From: Corallochytrium limacisporum Hawaii
Taxonomy: Eukaryota > Protista > Pluriformea
Assembly: GCA_002811645.1 (NCBI GenBank)
Contig: PDIP01000067.1
Location: 178,550-242,549 of the forward strand
Direction of reading: 5' to 3'
DNA: 64,000 nt
Shown: positions 45,191 to 57,100 of the stretch, piece by piece
How positions within the stretch are numbered: the first letter of the stretch is position 1
How the letters are laid out: every line of letters begins with the position of its first letter
Translations under genes and position numbers: made by a program
Notes under the pieces: generated by a model
The model's input: only the letters and a program-made list of their open reading frames with translations
The model's database searches: none
What the model was told of the DNA's origin: nothing

Positions 45191-47113
45191 ATGTTCCGGC
45201 AGGTTTCGTCTGTGGTGTCTCACCGTGGAGCGATCCGAATAGCATCACGTCACCCGACCGCTGGCCTCATTAACAGATCCAGATGTGTAACCCCTGTACT
45301 CTTGCACTGCTGGAATGAGTCTTTGTTTGCCGGCAGCAAACGATCCAATCACCAATATGCGCCCTTTCGCGGTGTAAAGAAAGGACGAAGAGTTTCTGTT
45401 ACACTTCGTAAGGCTATTTATGATATCCAGCAGGGAACGAAAACTGGTGACTTTGACATGGTTGAAAGCCTCGTCCGCGGACTAAAACTCGGTGAAGAAG
45501 ACGGAGATACCATGGTGAGGGAGACATGGCAGCCGTGGCTATACATGACGAGTCACTATGCGCCACAAAAGCTCATTGACACAGAATGGAACGAGTATCT
45601 TGCCTGGTGCTCTGAGAAAGGTCTGGAACCGCTTAATTCAGATCATATGCTGTACGTAAAGGCACTCAGTCGGCTGGGCCGATTGAACGATGCTTTTGAA
45701 TATCTGGAAAATTATGAAAAAGCTCTGGAAACGGATGGAAAGCGGACTGATGGCAAACACAAACTCCAAGCACGTCATTTTGGTGCAATTCTGGAGAGTG
45801 TTTGCGATCGGGGAGAGTGGGATCTTATTGTGGAGGCATACGAGCGCATCCACTCATACAATTTGGAGCCACTAGAGAAGCATTTCATGGTTATGTTCGA
45901 CGCTGCGATGCAGCCCAACGCTCCAAAGACGTACAAACAACAGATTCTGCACCTTATTTTGCAAGACCTTCGTCAAACATACGTTTACGGGCTTACCAAG
46001 CCTCTGTACCACCAAGTCGCTGATTTCTTGCTTGATGCCGCGATTCCACCAGCGGTTGTGTTCGGGGAAGACAACGTCGTACAACCTGACAAGTATAGTG
46101 TACGGCACACAACCATAACTAATCAGGGAATCTGCCGCAATTGCAACCAACCCCTAGAACGTGCATACATGAGCACTGATGAGAAGGCCAAGCTTCTGAA
46201 CGAAATTGAGACCATGATGCAGCTGGATGACGTTCACCAGACGCATATGGCGCATCTGAGGGTGTTTCATGAACACCTTCGAGACTATGGACCATTCAAC
46301 GCAATAGTAGATGGCATGAACGTTGGCTATGAAACTATGCGTGCAAACCATCAACGGCCCAACTCGAGTAAAATTTTCCGTCAAATTGACTGGTCATGGG
46401 ATCGCATTGCAGACTGCGCGGATGCCTTGCTGAGGAGAAAGTTGTTTCCTCTCATCCTGGTCAAGAATCACACCATTCAACCATTTCGCAAACTGCTGCC
46501 GCAACAGTATTGTGATCAAATGGATCGCTATCTGGACTCGGATCGCAAGAGACGTATACCCAATATCTACTCCTCGGACCGTGATTATGAACGCGCTGCA
46601 GAAATTGTAACGGAACTGATGAACAGGCACATGCTCTTCCCCATCCCGGACCAGGCTAGTGACGACTTTTGGATTCTGTTTGCTGCCGTTCAGGAGAGCA
46701 GCGATGTTGTTTTCGTAAGCAACGATCAAATGCGCGACCATCGGCAGATGCTCAGTCCGCAGGGGGTTTCGGCATTGCGGAAGTGGCAACGAATTCATCA
46801 GTGCTTCCACAAAGCACTCATACCCAGCGGGGTACAGCTCTACCCTCCATTTGATTATGATACTCAAATTCAGTCCGACAAATACGGTACCATCCACATA
46901 CCACCAGCTCTGATTAGCGCTGATGATTTCCACGCAGATATGGTGAACGCACCCAGTCGTACCGTAGGTGACAGAAACCTGCCTCAAAATAAGCGAACTT
47001 CATGGTTGTGCGTTGAGCCGCGAACTCGGGATGGAACGGCTGTTCTGGATCTCAAGCCTCTTGATGCACTTGATGTTCACAACGAGAAGGTTAAAGGGGA
47101 AGATACAAATTAG
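45191..47113 (+). CDS. PRORP: Protein-only RNase P (PRORP/MRPP3), probably mitochondrial
   Basis: Arg-rich presequence, PPR-like helical repeats, Zn ligands GICRNC...TIHIP...SWLC, and NYN motifs AIVDGMNVG, SDDFWILFAA and FVSNDQMRDH. Confidence 0.92.
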   Translation: MFRQVSSVVSHRGAIRIASRHPTAGLINRSRCVTPVLLHCWNESLFAGSKRSNHQYAPFRGVKKGRRVSVTLRKAIYDIQQGTKTGDFDMVESLVRGLKLGEEDGDTMVRETWQPWLYMTSHYAPQKLIDTEWNEYLAWCSEKGLEPLNSDHMLYVKALSRLGRLNDAFEYLENYEKALETDGKRTDGKHKLQARHFGAILESVCDRGEWDLIVEAYERIHSYNLEPLEKHFMVMFDAAMQPNAPKTYKQQILHLILQDLRQTYVYGLTKPLYHQVADFLLDAAIPPAVVFGEDNVVQPDKYSVRHTTITNQGICRNCNQPLERAYMSTDEKAKLLNEIETMMQLDDVHQTHMAHLRVFHEHLRDYGPFNAIVDGMNVGYETMRANHQRPNSSKIFRQIDWSWDRIADCADALLRRKLFPLILVKNHTIQPFRKLLPQQYCDQMDRYLDSDRKRRIPNIYSSDRDYERAAEIVTELMNRHMLFPIPDQASDDFWILFAAVQESSDVVFVSNDQMRDHRQMLSPQGVSALRKWQRIHQCFHKALIPSGVQLYPPFDYDTQIQSDKYGTIHIPPALISADDFHADMVNAPSRTVGDRNLPQNKRTSWLCVEPRTRDGTAVLDLKPLDALDVHNEKVKGEDTN

Positions 47114-47197
47114 TCATCACCATCTGCTTTGCAAGCTGTATTTTAACATGATTACAAAAGCTCATTGTACATAGCGCATTCAGCGCCATCCAAGACT

Positions 47198-50062
47198 CTA
47201 GGCTGTCACTATGGCTTTTTCTGCCATGTTTCGAACCTGCCTCTCGAACTTGGCAATTTCTTCGTCCTTGGCGTACAAGTCGGCCCCAGTGGTCGGTACC
47301 GCGTCTTCGTCCTGGAGACATATTCTTTCAGCAGAATGGAAAGCGTCACCTTCTAGGAGCGCCTGGGCGGAGTGGAGGTGCTTCTTTCGTGCACGTTTGT
47401 TGGCCGTTTTCACGATAGCACCATTGCGCATGAGGAACCACTGAGCTTTTAGAACGTCCCCGAGGTCGTCTAAAGCGTCATCCAGTTTGCTTCTGCGGAG
47501 GGTGACCTCGTAAGCCTGGTTCATGGACCTCAACAACATGCCTGAGCGAATGTGTCTATTCACATCCGAAATATCCAGCGCCTTTAGAAGTGGCTTCATT
47601 AGTCTGACAGGGTATAGTGAGACGAAAACAATTTGCACTGGACAATTGTACTCAATCAACCTGGCGATGGTGTTAATGTCACCCTGCACGATCGGCTGTC
47701 TACCACGTTCTATATGGGCCGTGAGCTCCCTTGCCCAGTTGGCCAAAGTCTTTTTGCGGTCCTTTCGGTTCAAGACGCCAACCTGGACCACTGGCACATT
47801 CTCCTCGCCCAGCAATTCCTGCAGCGATTTGACAATAGGCCGCTGCATCATTCGGGCGAACGGATATTTTGCTTCTACCGGACCCACAAGAGCAATGGGT
47901 CTCACAAGCGGGTGCACTTCGTGATCTTTTCCTCGAAGACCCGCACGTGTGTTCTTCTCTGTGCCCATCCTGAGTCTCATGCGGTTCCAAAGAGCTCTCG
48001 CCTTAGACTCAGTGCTGGAATTTGCAGCATTGATCATCTTAGGAAGGACATTCTGGAGCAGTTCCACGGCTGCTTGGTGCTTTAGTCGGCGCCTTGTTGC
48101 CGGCTGAAGGCTCGTCAGTCCAGCAAAACCGAAAGGATTGGCAAGTGCAGTAGTGCTGACCGTTGCGAGGGAAGAGAGAGACTCCACAGATGATCTCGTT
48201 GATCCAGTATCGTTCACGCTGGCCGTGTCACGGAGTTCATTGGCAGAGCCTGTGCCGTCCAGGGAGACTTTGGTAGTCCTCGCTCGTGAAGCGTCCGTAT
48301 CGTTGTTATCTCTAGAGTCAGTTCGTTCCTCGACACCCTCCGTCAGCAGAACTTCCTCGTTGAAGCGAACCAGGGACCTCCTGGTGCCATCCCGAGTCAT
48401 TGCAAGAGAGTTAGAGCGAATCATTCCTTCTTTCTCCTCTGTGAGCATAGACAAGGAAGTTCGATGGCTCGCAGTCGATAAGGATTCCTGTTGGGTATGA
48501 GCGGCTGACAATGAATGCTGCTCAAACATGTCCTCCATTTTCGATTGCACTTCCTTCCTATTTCCGATGGGCTTAAGGAAATGTTTGCGGTGTCCCTTCT
48601 TCTCAGGATTCCGCAGAAGGTGACTTGATGAGCTGGGCAGAGAGTGAGCGGACTGGCGCTCTGAAAGTGACCGTGGTACAGGAACAGACTGTGTGGATGA
48701 GTTAGGGGTCAACTTACGTCCACGTTCAACCTTTCCAGCAGTGTCAAAACCACCCACATTGGACGGGTCGGACGAACCAAGATTAGATTTGGCCTGAATG
48801 TCGCTGATCCCTATCTCTGTTAACGACCCGTTTTCTGGACTCTTCCCCTTCTTATTCTTCCTTTCTTTCAGCTGATGTTTGTCCTCTTTGTATTTATACC
48901 TCGCTGACTTGATGAGATTATGATGGTTCATGAGCTCATCCGCTACATCGAACTCATCATCGTCATCATATTCGTGATTTGAGACACTTCCTCGACTATC
49001 ACGACCACTAGAAATGCTTACACGAACATGTGTGGTCCCATTTGCTGTAGCAATTATTGGATCGTTCGGATCCGTTGATGTCAAATACTCTACCTCTGAC
49101 GACTCAGTTGTGAGTTGACTTGCGGGCTTTTGCCGCTTGAGTCTCCTTTGCCTCCTTTCTTCGGCTCTCGATCTATCGATGGCATCTTCCATCGCTTGCA
49201 GCTGAACGCGACCACAGGTGGCGATATGCTCCGCAGTGGGAAGTAGACCGATGTTCATGCCGTATGAAAGACTGACCTTTGTGCATACTGGGCTACAAAT
49301 AAGCCAATGAGCATCAATAGCTGCTATAACGACGAAAGTATCACCTGGACTGCAAGCAAGACCCACCGATTGCAGATTCAGAACACGAAGCACAGGATCT
49401 TTTGTGGCTTGCCAATGTTGACGAACTCGGATGATGAAGCGGGCCTTGCCCTCATTTTGTAAGTAGTATTTGGTGGTCTCAGCAAATCTTTGTCTAAAGT
49501 CGCCCTGCCAGCAGGTGCAAGTACCAAAAACTGAGGTTGCAAGGCCCAAAACTGGGGAGGTTTGATCGATATCATTGAATACAAGTTTCCGAAACTTCAA
49601 AGGAATCTCTGCATCTGTAACGTTTTGGATCGAATTGGCCATCCAATCTACAAACTGACCAAACCTCGTCTGCTGAAGACTGTGATAGTCTGCTATACCG
49701 TATAATGAGTCCAACTCATCCCCTGATCTGTTGGTCTGAGGAGGAGAAAGGCTTGTGTTTGACGGGACTGGAATGACTATGTCCTCTGTGTCCGGCAACG
49801 GATTTGAAGTGGGTTTCACACTCGTGGGACCATTCATTGCTGTCTCATTCCCCTGCTCCTCTTGTTCCCAACCGTTCATAGACATGAAGCTCCCTAAAGC
49901 ACGAGACATCACGTCTTGTACAATCCCAGCAGCTATGTCCTGGTGTGAATCACCAGGTTGATCTGCCATGTATTCGACATGATGGGCCACGGCGTTGCGC
50001 ACAGCTTTACTGACAACTATATGTGCACAACCGTGCACATCTGACAGACCTGCTAATTCCAT
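47198..50062 (-). CDS. CACNB: Voltage-gated Ca2+ channel beta-subunit-like SH3-HOOK-GK (MAGUK) protein
   Basis: SH3-like RFIIRVRQHW...SPGDTFVVIAAIDAHWLIC...IGLLPT. GK start HEVHPLVRPIALVGPVEAKYPFARMMQRPI parallels CaV-beta [30 protein letters not shown]. Confidence 0.78.
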   Translation of the reverse strand: MELAGLSDVHGCAHIVVSKAVRNAVAHHVEYMADQPGDSHQDIAAGIVQDVMSRALGSFMSMNGWEQEEQGNETAMNGPTSVKPTSNPLPDTEDIVIPVPSNTSLSPPQTNRSGDELDSLYGIADYHSLQQTRFGQFVDWMANSIQNVTDAEIPLKFRKLVFNDIDQTSPVLGLATSVFGTCTCWQGDFRQRFAETTKYYLQNEGKARFIIRVRQHWQATKDPVLRVLNLQSVGLACSPGDTFVVIAAIDAHWLICSPVCTKVSLSYGMNIGLLPTAEHIATCGRVQLQAMEDAIDRSRAEERRQRRLKRQKPASQLTTESSEVEYLTSTDPNDPIIATANGTTHVRVSISSGRDSRGSVSNHEYDDDDEFDVADELMNHHNLIKSARYKYKEDKHQLKERKNKKGKSPENGSLTEIGISDIQAKSNLGSSDPSNVGGFDTAGKVERGRKLTPNSSTQSVPVPRSLSERQSAHSLPSSSSHLLRNPEKKGHRKHFLKPIGNRKEVQSKMEDMFEQHSLSAAHTQQESLSTASHRTSLSMLTEEKEGMIRSNSLAMTRDGTRRSLVRFNEEVLLTEGVEERTDSRDNNDTDASRARTTKVSLDGTGSANELRDTASVNDTGSTRSSVESLSSLATVSTTALANPFGFAGLTSLQPATRRRLKHQAAVELLQNVLPKMINAANSSTESKARALWNRMRLRMGTEKNTRAGLRGKDHEVHPLVRPIALVGPVEAKYPFARMMQRPIVKSLQELLGEENVPVVQVGVLNRKDRKKTLANWARELTAHIERGRQPIVQGDINTIARLIEYNCPVQIVFVSLYPVRLMKPLLKALDISDVNRHIRSGMLLRSMNQAYEVTLRRSKLDDALDDLGDVLKAQWFLMRNGAIVKTANKRARKKHLHSAQALLEGDAFHSAERICLQDEDAVPTTGADLYAKDEEIAKFERQVRNMAEKAIVTA

Positions 50063-51498
50063 GGTGTGTCAGAAAGGAGCCAGACACTATTCATAACGGC
50101 TAAAATGGCCACTCCTCATCCTATGCGTAACCTCATTCTTGTGTCCTGGATGTCAATCTGGCCTATAAATCCAAGGCACAAGTCTATCATATTCTCACGG
50201 ATACAAAATCAATGATGATCTCCCAAACCGACAGCCAACTTAACCATCACGTTTTGGAAATACCCTGACCGGGACCATTGATAGCACCTTATCTAGTTAA
50301 CTGTGCTCCACGTCGGTCATTCTTCTCTCCCCTCCCCCCATCCCCCGGGGGGGGGCTGCTGGGGGCTGGATTCCTTCCTTTGCAAGGTTTTCGTTTCCTG
50401 TCCGGAAATTAAGACCGGCTCACAATGACTCCAACACGAAGATCTCGTACGACCTGTACTACCCGCTTGGGTTTGAACGGTCGCGCCGTCGGACGCGCCC
50501 CGTATCTGGAGGGGGTGGGCTGGACAAGGGTCCAAAGAAAGAAGGAAAATTAAAGAGTAAAAAACCAAATGGACGAAAACAAAAGAGATGCCTAGAGCGG
50601 ACGGACGGCTCCGCACTGCCAGCCACTCTCGTCCTCGGCCCCCCCCCCCTTTGCCCCCCNNNNNNNNNNNNNNNNNNNNNNNNNNNNNNNNNNNNNNNNN
50701 NNNNNNNNNNNNNNNNNNNNNNNNNNNNNNNNNNNNNNNNNNNNNNNNNNNNNNNNNNNNNNNNNNNNNNNNNNNNNNNNNNNNNNNNNNNNNNNNNNNN
50801 NNNNNNNNNNNNNNNNNNNNNNNNNNNNNNNNNNNNNNNNNNNNNNNNNNNNNNNNNNNNNNNNNNNNNNNNNNNNNNNNNNNNNNNNNNNNNNNNNNNC
50901 CCGCGGGGGGTCCCCCGTTGCGGCCTATCGTTTTTATGGGGGCCTATTTTTCGCATCCCCAGCAGACTCCCCGCTCTCCGCTCGACCGAAGCATTCGCCG
51001 CGATGACACTGGCTACCCGCGCAAGTACGGGCCTCCACACTTTCCCCTCCCCGTTGGAGCCGTCCCAGAATACCAAAGGGGCCTTAGTGGCCCGCAGGGC
51101 CCTACTGCATATTCTTGCTGCAACCGAGCGCGCACCCCCCGACTGCGCAGAGACCTAAGAAATTTGCGACCAGTGTCGGTGTACCACAGTAGCGGGAGCC
51201 AAATCCGCCATTACCAGGGGTGCGCGCCACCGGTGGGGAGGCGAAGTAGTCGCGTCATTTTGGAAACCGGTTGTCCCATTGACAACCATCGCAAACACGG
51301 GGCGGGGATTATGGGATAAAGCGATGCAGGGGTTTGTGGCTGATGGGACGAGGTCGAAAAGCGACAGGCACTATACAGATTCAATTTTCTTTGTTACGGT
51401 ATGTGGTATACAGGTATATCGAGGTAAGAATCCATGTAGGTATCGAAGGGAATACTGATTGCTTCATGTATGGATGAGGAACCACAAACTCTACCACC

Positions 51499-52230
51499 AT
51501 GGCGGATTCTGGACTAGAACGCTATGTGCTTAATTCCGTGACCCTCTTCATCGAGGGTTTCAACTGGCTTATCTTTACTCAGGGATGTACTTACCTGTAC
51601 TTTATTTTCATGATCACAGATCTTAGACAACTACAGGGCGGTCGGCAGTTCACTCTGAAACATCCTCTGACGTCTTACATCACCGCTGTCCTCGTATGCC
51701 TCGGCAGCACAGTTGTTACTGGGCTACTGACTGGAACACCAGCAATACCCCTAGACAGTTCAACCAACTACATAGCCATCTTCGTAATTTGGTACGTCAT
51801 TTTCTTTATTCCAAAAGGATTCGCTATCTCACGGTACACACCCCTCTATCAGACTGGTGAGTTCTTTACTCGCATTCGACGAGTGGCGCAAATCTGCCGA
51901 GGCATTAACATGGCGACTGGCATTATTCCCAAAATTATTGTGGGGACCTTCAAGGCTCAGGGATCCATCTTCATGAGTCGAATGGTCCTGCACCTCATCA
52001 AGCGCAATGACACGGCCAAAGAGGCAAAGTATCATGTGTTTCCAGCCACATTCAAATGGTGCCTTTACGCATCAATGTTGTTAGTCCTCTGGGAGGAGCA
52101 GTTGCTTCCGTTTTCCGCCACCTACGATATTAAGTACTTACGCTTTGGCCTCATCATGTTTATGGCAAACATGCACTACGACGCCCTCAATGGCCTCGAA
52201 GCTGCTGCCTCGGCAATTTTCCTCCGGTAG
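51499..52230 (+). CDS. TMEM38: Trimeric intracellular cation channel (TRIC/TMEM38)-like membrane protein
   Basis: Multi-TM protein; KHPLTSYITAVLVCLGSTVVTGLLTGTP, IWYVIFFIP, EFFTRIRRVAQICRGI and IIVGTFKAQGS match TRIC motifs. Confidence 0.8.
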   Translation: MADSGLERYVLNSVTLFIEGFNWLIFTQGCTYLYFIFMITDLRQLQGGRQFTLKHPLTSYITAVLVCLGSTVVTGLLTGTPAIPLDSSTNYIAIFVIWYVIFFIPKGFAISRYTPLYQTGEFFTRIRRVAQICRGINMATGIIPKIIVGTFKAQGSIFMSRMVLHLIKRNDTAKEAKYHVFPATFKWCLYASMLLVLWEEQLLPFSATYDIKYLRFGLIMFMANMHYDALNGLEAAASAIFLR

Positions 52231-52327
52231 TATGAACATTCTAATGTCGATTCAAAATAAGAATAAAACATACCACATGAAACTGCTACTTTCCCATTAG
52301 TGCGAGCAATCGGATAACTCTTCAAAT

Positions 52328-52687
52328 CTACTTTTTAGCAGGCTGCTGCGGGTTCAGGACCTGGCGCTGCTGGTTCATAATCTGCTTCTGCTCCTGCTCC
52401 CACATGATGAGCTGTTGTTCCTTTTCAACCTCGAAGATGAGAGGTACCAACAGGACGACAGCAGAGGTGCTGAGGATCCATGCTGCAGACCCACTGACGC
52501 TGTAGGCCTTCTTTGCACCGGCACTCAGAACCTCATAGGAATTAGCCAGGAAGGTCCGAGGTCCCTCAGGAATCATTTCGGTGAGACCAACTAGACGCTC
52601 ATAGAGGGTCTCGTCTCCGTCAAAAACGCTGTCATCGATCTCCTCGATCTTAGCCTGCTTCTTGCTTCCTTTCTTTCCCTTAGCCAT
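52328..52687 (-). CDS. TOMM22: Mitochondrial import receptor TOM22
   Basis: DETLYERLVGLTEMIP, AAWILSTSAVVLLVPLIFEVEKEQ and a Q-rich tail. The true start is probably ATG 52687 (MAKGKK) rather than the track start at 52897. Confidence 0.93.
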   Translation of the reverse strand: MAKGKKGSKKQAKIEEIDDSVFDGDETLYERLVGLTEMIPEGPRTFLANSYEVLSAGAKKAYSVSGSAAWILSTSAVVLLVPLIFEVEKEQQLIMWEQEQKQIMNQQRQVLNPQQPAKK

Positions 52688-54194
52688 TTTGAATTGTCTG
52701 ATATGGATGAACCTTGGGACAATATAATATAATCTTGTTCCAAGCGTGCAACGGCTCCTTGAGGGTTCAAGATGAAAAAGTTTTAAGTACGTAGTCGCAA
52801 TTGCTATTATTGAGTGCAGACAACAACAAGCAACACGTCCAGCGCATTCACTAGAGGTTCTGTTTTTTTCACGGCACATAGGTCCCAGGTTATCCACGCC
52901 AACCAGGGGGCGAATTTCCCGTCATTGCCGACATACCGTCCTGGGAACTACACACCTCTACACCGACCCAAGACCCGACAAGACCACAGCCATACTCCAA
53001 TACAGAACGCTCTGACGTTTGTCCCCAGTTTCTTCTCCCACCTTCCCAGCGATGGGCCTGCCACCGCACAAACACACGTGGATTGCCTGAACCCTCTTGA
53101 CCACCTTCCTAAGTAAATGTACTATACCTGTGCCCATCCGTATATCATGAATGCAACTAGCCTCGGAAATGGTCCCAATTCTTTTTTCAAAAAGGCGATG
53201 TAAAGTATATCAAATATAGTTTTTGGATCAGCGTGTTCGAAAACTGCTCACTAGGTGGTATCACTTGACTCCTTGGCTCAACATGATTCAGCTAGGTTCT
53301 CGACCTTAGGATACATTTCTCATGAGATGCAAGATGCCGGTCATCAGGAGTGTCCAAAACCCAGGCGAAGATAATCTTGTCTCCGGCCATCTGCTTATGG
53401 CGTGCCCAAGGGAGTGGAAGGTCTTGAAAGCCACCTTGAGCTGCACGCACGCACCGCGACCCCATTTGCGGCCGAAGTGACGTGCTCGGAACTTGGTGGT
53501 ATTGCCCTGCAGGTTGGGAAGCCGGGGAGAGTAGCGCCTGCAGCTCGGGCTTTCGCCCCCTCCCTTTTGAACCGTGTTCCTCGCCTTCCCCGACATCGAT
53601 TTCGCAAGTGAAAGTATGGGGTACGGTGCGCTAGTGAAGTTGCAATTTCTATGCGAAATATTTCCTCTCTCTTTTCTTGGGGACCCAACCACCCCCCCCC
53701 CCCTCCCGAAGGGGGCTGGCGGGATGGGCTCCTCACCTCATCGCCCTTCGAAACTGACTCAGGAGATCCAAAAATGGCGTGCCGCGCGCTTGCCGATTTT
53801 AATTTTCAATTTTCAAAACCCGATATGAAGGGCGTGTCGGCAACGTTTCCTTCGGGAACGCTGGGGAGAGGGACGGCCCTCCTTTGCAACCACGGGGAAT
53901 CCGGACGGGCGAGTGCGTCCTGCGACACCGTGAACGCGGGGATGGTCCAGGAGGAGCTGTATAGGTCGTGACATCTATATATTTGTCATCAAGGTTGAAA
54001 GAATAGCCTATTTCTGTGCAAAGTCCAATTCGTTTGAATGATGCTGACTTGCGAGGGCGAAAGAAAGGGAGAAGGCCACAGAAACGCGTGAGATTCCGAT
54101 GTTTCTGCAGAAGGACGATGTGACACTTGTGCCACACATAGCATGAACATGTGATTAGGACATCTGTGTAGATATCTGATGAACTAAATTAGCT

Positions 54195-57100
54195 ATGGCT
54201 GATCCAGAGGGAGAATTTAGCTCTCCAGAAAGCCAACCCCTAGTCGCAGGGCAAAGCTGTGGCGATTGTAGGGACAGCATATTCAATGCCGCACTGGAGG
54301 GACATTTACCATGTCTAAAGTTTATTGTTGAAGACCTTGGTACAGATCCAGATGTACAGGATGAAGATGGTGAGAGTCCTGTACAGCTTGCTGCCAGTGG
54401 TGGTCACTTGGAATGCCTTGAATACTTGGTTCGCGACCGGAACGCTGACGTAGACGTAAAAGACGTGGAGGGATCTACTCCCTGCCACTGGGCTGCCAGA
54501 AACGGATATTTGCATTGCTTACGATTCCTCCATGAGTCAGGTGCAAATTTCAATTTGAGGGATAATGACGGTGATACCCCAGCAGCACTTGCTGCATTTG
54601 ATGGGCATTTGAATTGTCTGCAGTTTCTCACATCGGAATTGAAGGTTGACATTGACACACGGAATAGTTATGGTAGCACAATGGTTCATGCAGCGGCCCG
54701 TAATGGACATATTCGGTGCCTTACGTATTTGATTAACATCTTGCAATGCGACAAGGACGTGGTGAATGAAAACGGAAAGACTCCATTGCACTTAGCCTGC
54801 GCTGGTGGTCATCTCAGCTGCGTCCGTTTCTTGATAGAAGAATGCGGTGCCAATGTTAAAGCAGAAGACAAAGAAGGTAACACACCATTGCATTGGGCTG
54901 CACAAGGGGGACATATTAGCAGTGTCCGGTTCCTTATGGAAGAATGTGGCGCAGACTGCAACAAACTAAATGCAGAGAAGGAGACACCCATTTACTGGGC
55001 TGCATCCAACGGGTCGGTAAATTGCCTGCGCTATATGATAAATGAATGCCGAGGCGATGCCAGCATTAAGGAATCTTCAGGATTGACGCCAGCTCATATC
55101 GCTGCTCAAGAGGGTCACGTAGGATGCTTGAGATTTTTATTGGAAGAGGGACACAGTGACCTAGACACGAGGGACCACACAGGACAGACTGTAATGCACT
55201 ATGCGGTTCGATCAGGGGAATTGAAGATAGTCAAATATCTTGTAGAAGATGCCCAGGCAGATGTGCATGTTAAGGACAACCAGGGCAACACCTGCATTCA
55301 TATAGCCGCCACCGAAGATGACTTTGCGATTCTCCGCTATCTGGTGGTTGAATTGGGTGCTGAGACCGGGATTGCAAACGATGAGGGAAATCTGCCATTC
55401 CAATTGGCAACTGATCCCAAGTGCAAAGCTGTTCTACAAAGCGCCTTGAAGCTGCGCAATGACCACTTGCTTACTCAGCTATCAAAGGCAGAAGAAGAAA
55501 TCAACAGTATGAGGCAGCAGCTGAATGACCGGGCGGCATCCGGACTAGATAGAGCTTCTGCGACTGATCAAGCCTCCGGTGATCGTGCTACCACCATCCT
55601 CAAGAGTGACGTGCCTGGTCATTTGTGGGATGTGTTCACACATATCCGGCAAACCTACGCAACCATCGGTGATGCAAGCAGGACGGCAAGTTTCACCAGA
55701 GACAGCATGGATTCTTCCGGTGACATTGAAGAACCCATTCGGAAGAAAGTGAAGCTTACAGACGTGAAAAGTGGCGACGTTTCCGTAGTCAAACAGGAAA
55801 TGGATGTAGACGACAAAACGGAAACCAGGGGTCGACGGAAGATTCCTGAAAATCGACCACGCCTTAATTTGGACCAGATGTCTGACCATGTCCGGTCACT
55901 GCTGGATGTCCGTCGAGGATTCCATTTACCCCCCGATTTGGCGTGGCTTATTGGTCGTACAAGGGAAATCATCAATACCATGATATACCAGCCGGGATCT
56001 CAGCAGGGCAGTGCACCTGTTGATGATGCTCTTCTGCACAAGGAACAAAGGATCAGCAGACATGCAAACAAGGTTCGGCATATTGTGAAACACATCATTC
56101 AGGATGAGAATGCCAAGGCCCGAGGGGATAAAGACCTGATCGGTGATAGCAGTAGTGAACAGACGACGGGGTCCGCAAGCCCTCAGAAGAATGTCAAAGA
56201 AGGTGAAAAAGTGAACACGGATGGTGCAGCTGGCGACAACAAGGTTCCCACTCTGACCGAGCTCGAATCCGAGCGTGCCAAGCGTGACATGGCACGAAAT
56301 GACTTCTTGGCGTCGTTGCAAGAAGAATACCACAAAACCTCTAGAATCTGTGAGGACATGGAGCGCTTCATCAAAGAGCTGCCTATGATGCGCAAGCTGT
56401 ACGGTGAGCTCATGGAAGGTATCGGAACCGAACAGGTGAACATGCCCGAAGAGTTGGCTGTTGTGCGGTCCAAGGATGCTGGTCGCATTCGTCTGGAAGG
56501 TGAAATTCGCACAGTAGAAGAATGGTTGAGTAGTCATGGCAAGGACCTGGAGTCGGCTATGGCCTATACCGATTTTATTCTGTACATTCTTGAAGACGCC
56601 ATCACCAAAGAAACTAAGCTTTTGGAAAAGGCCATGACCGCCGCAACACCCATCCGTCGGTTTGCTAGTGTTGCTCGGTATTGCCTCCACCAAACGGAAT
56701 CTCATGCAACGAACAATGCAATGATCACGTGGTGGAAGAGCCGTCAGGCAGAACTGGAAGTTAAGCTGCGGCACGCCAACGAGGTCAAGTCTAAGGAAGA
56801 ATCGTCGCGAGCGCTGCTGAATGAAATGGAAAAGATCAAAGGCAATATTTTGGAATCAAAGGCCAAGGTCTTTGAGCTGCAGGCGCAAGAAGCACGAGCC
56901 ACTGCCAGAGGTGCAAGTATGGAGAAGCTGGAGGAAATCAGGTGCATGCGGGAGGAGATGGAAGCCAGCATCAACACGGACAATGAGAAGTTACTCGAGT
57001 GGCAGACCTTGCGTGCTGACTTGGGACAATCGTTCTTCCCGGAGCTGCAGCTGCAGGATGACACACGGCTGATGAATGTTGGTGTGCTAGGTACTTCAAG

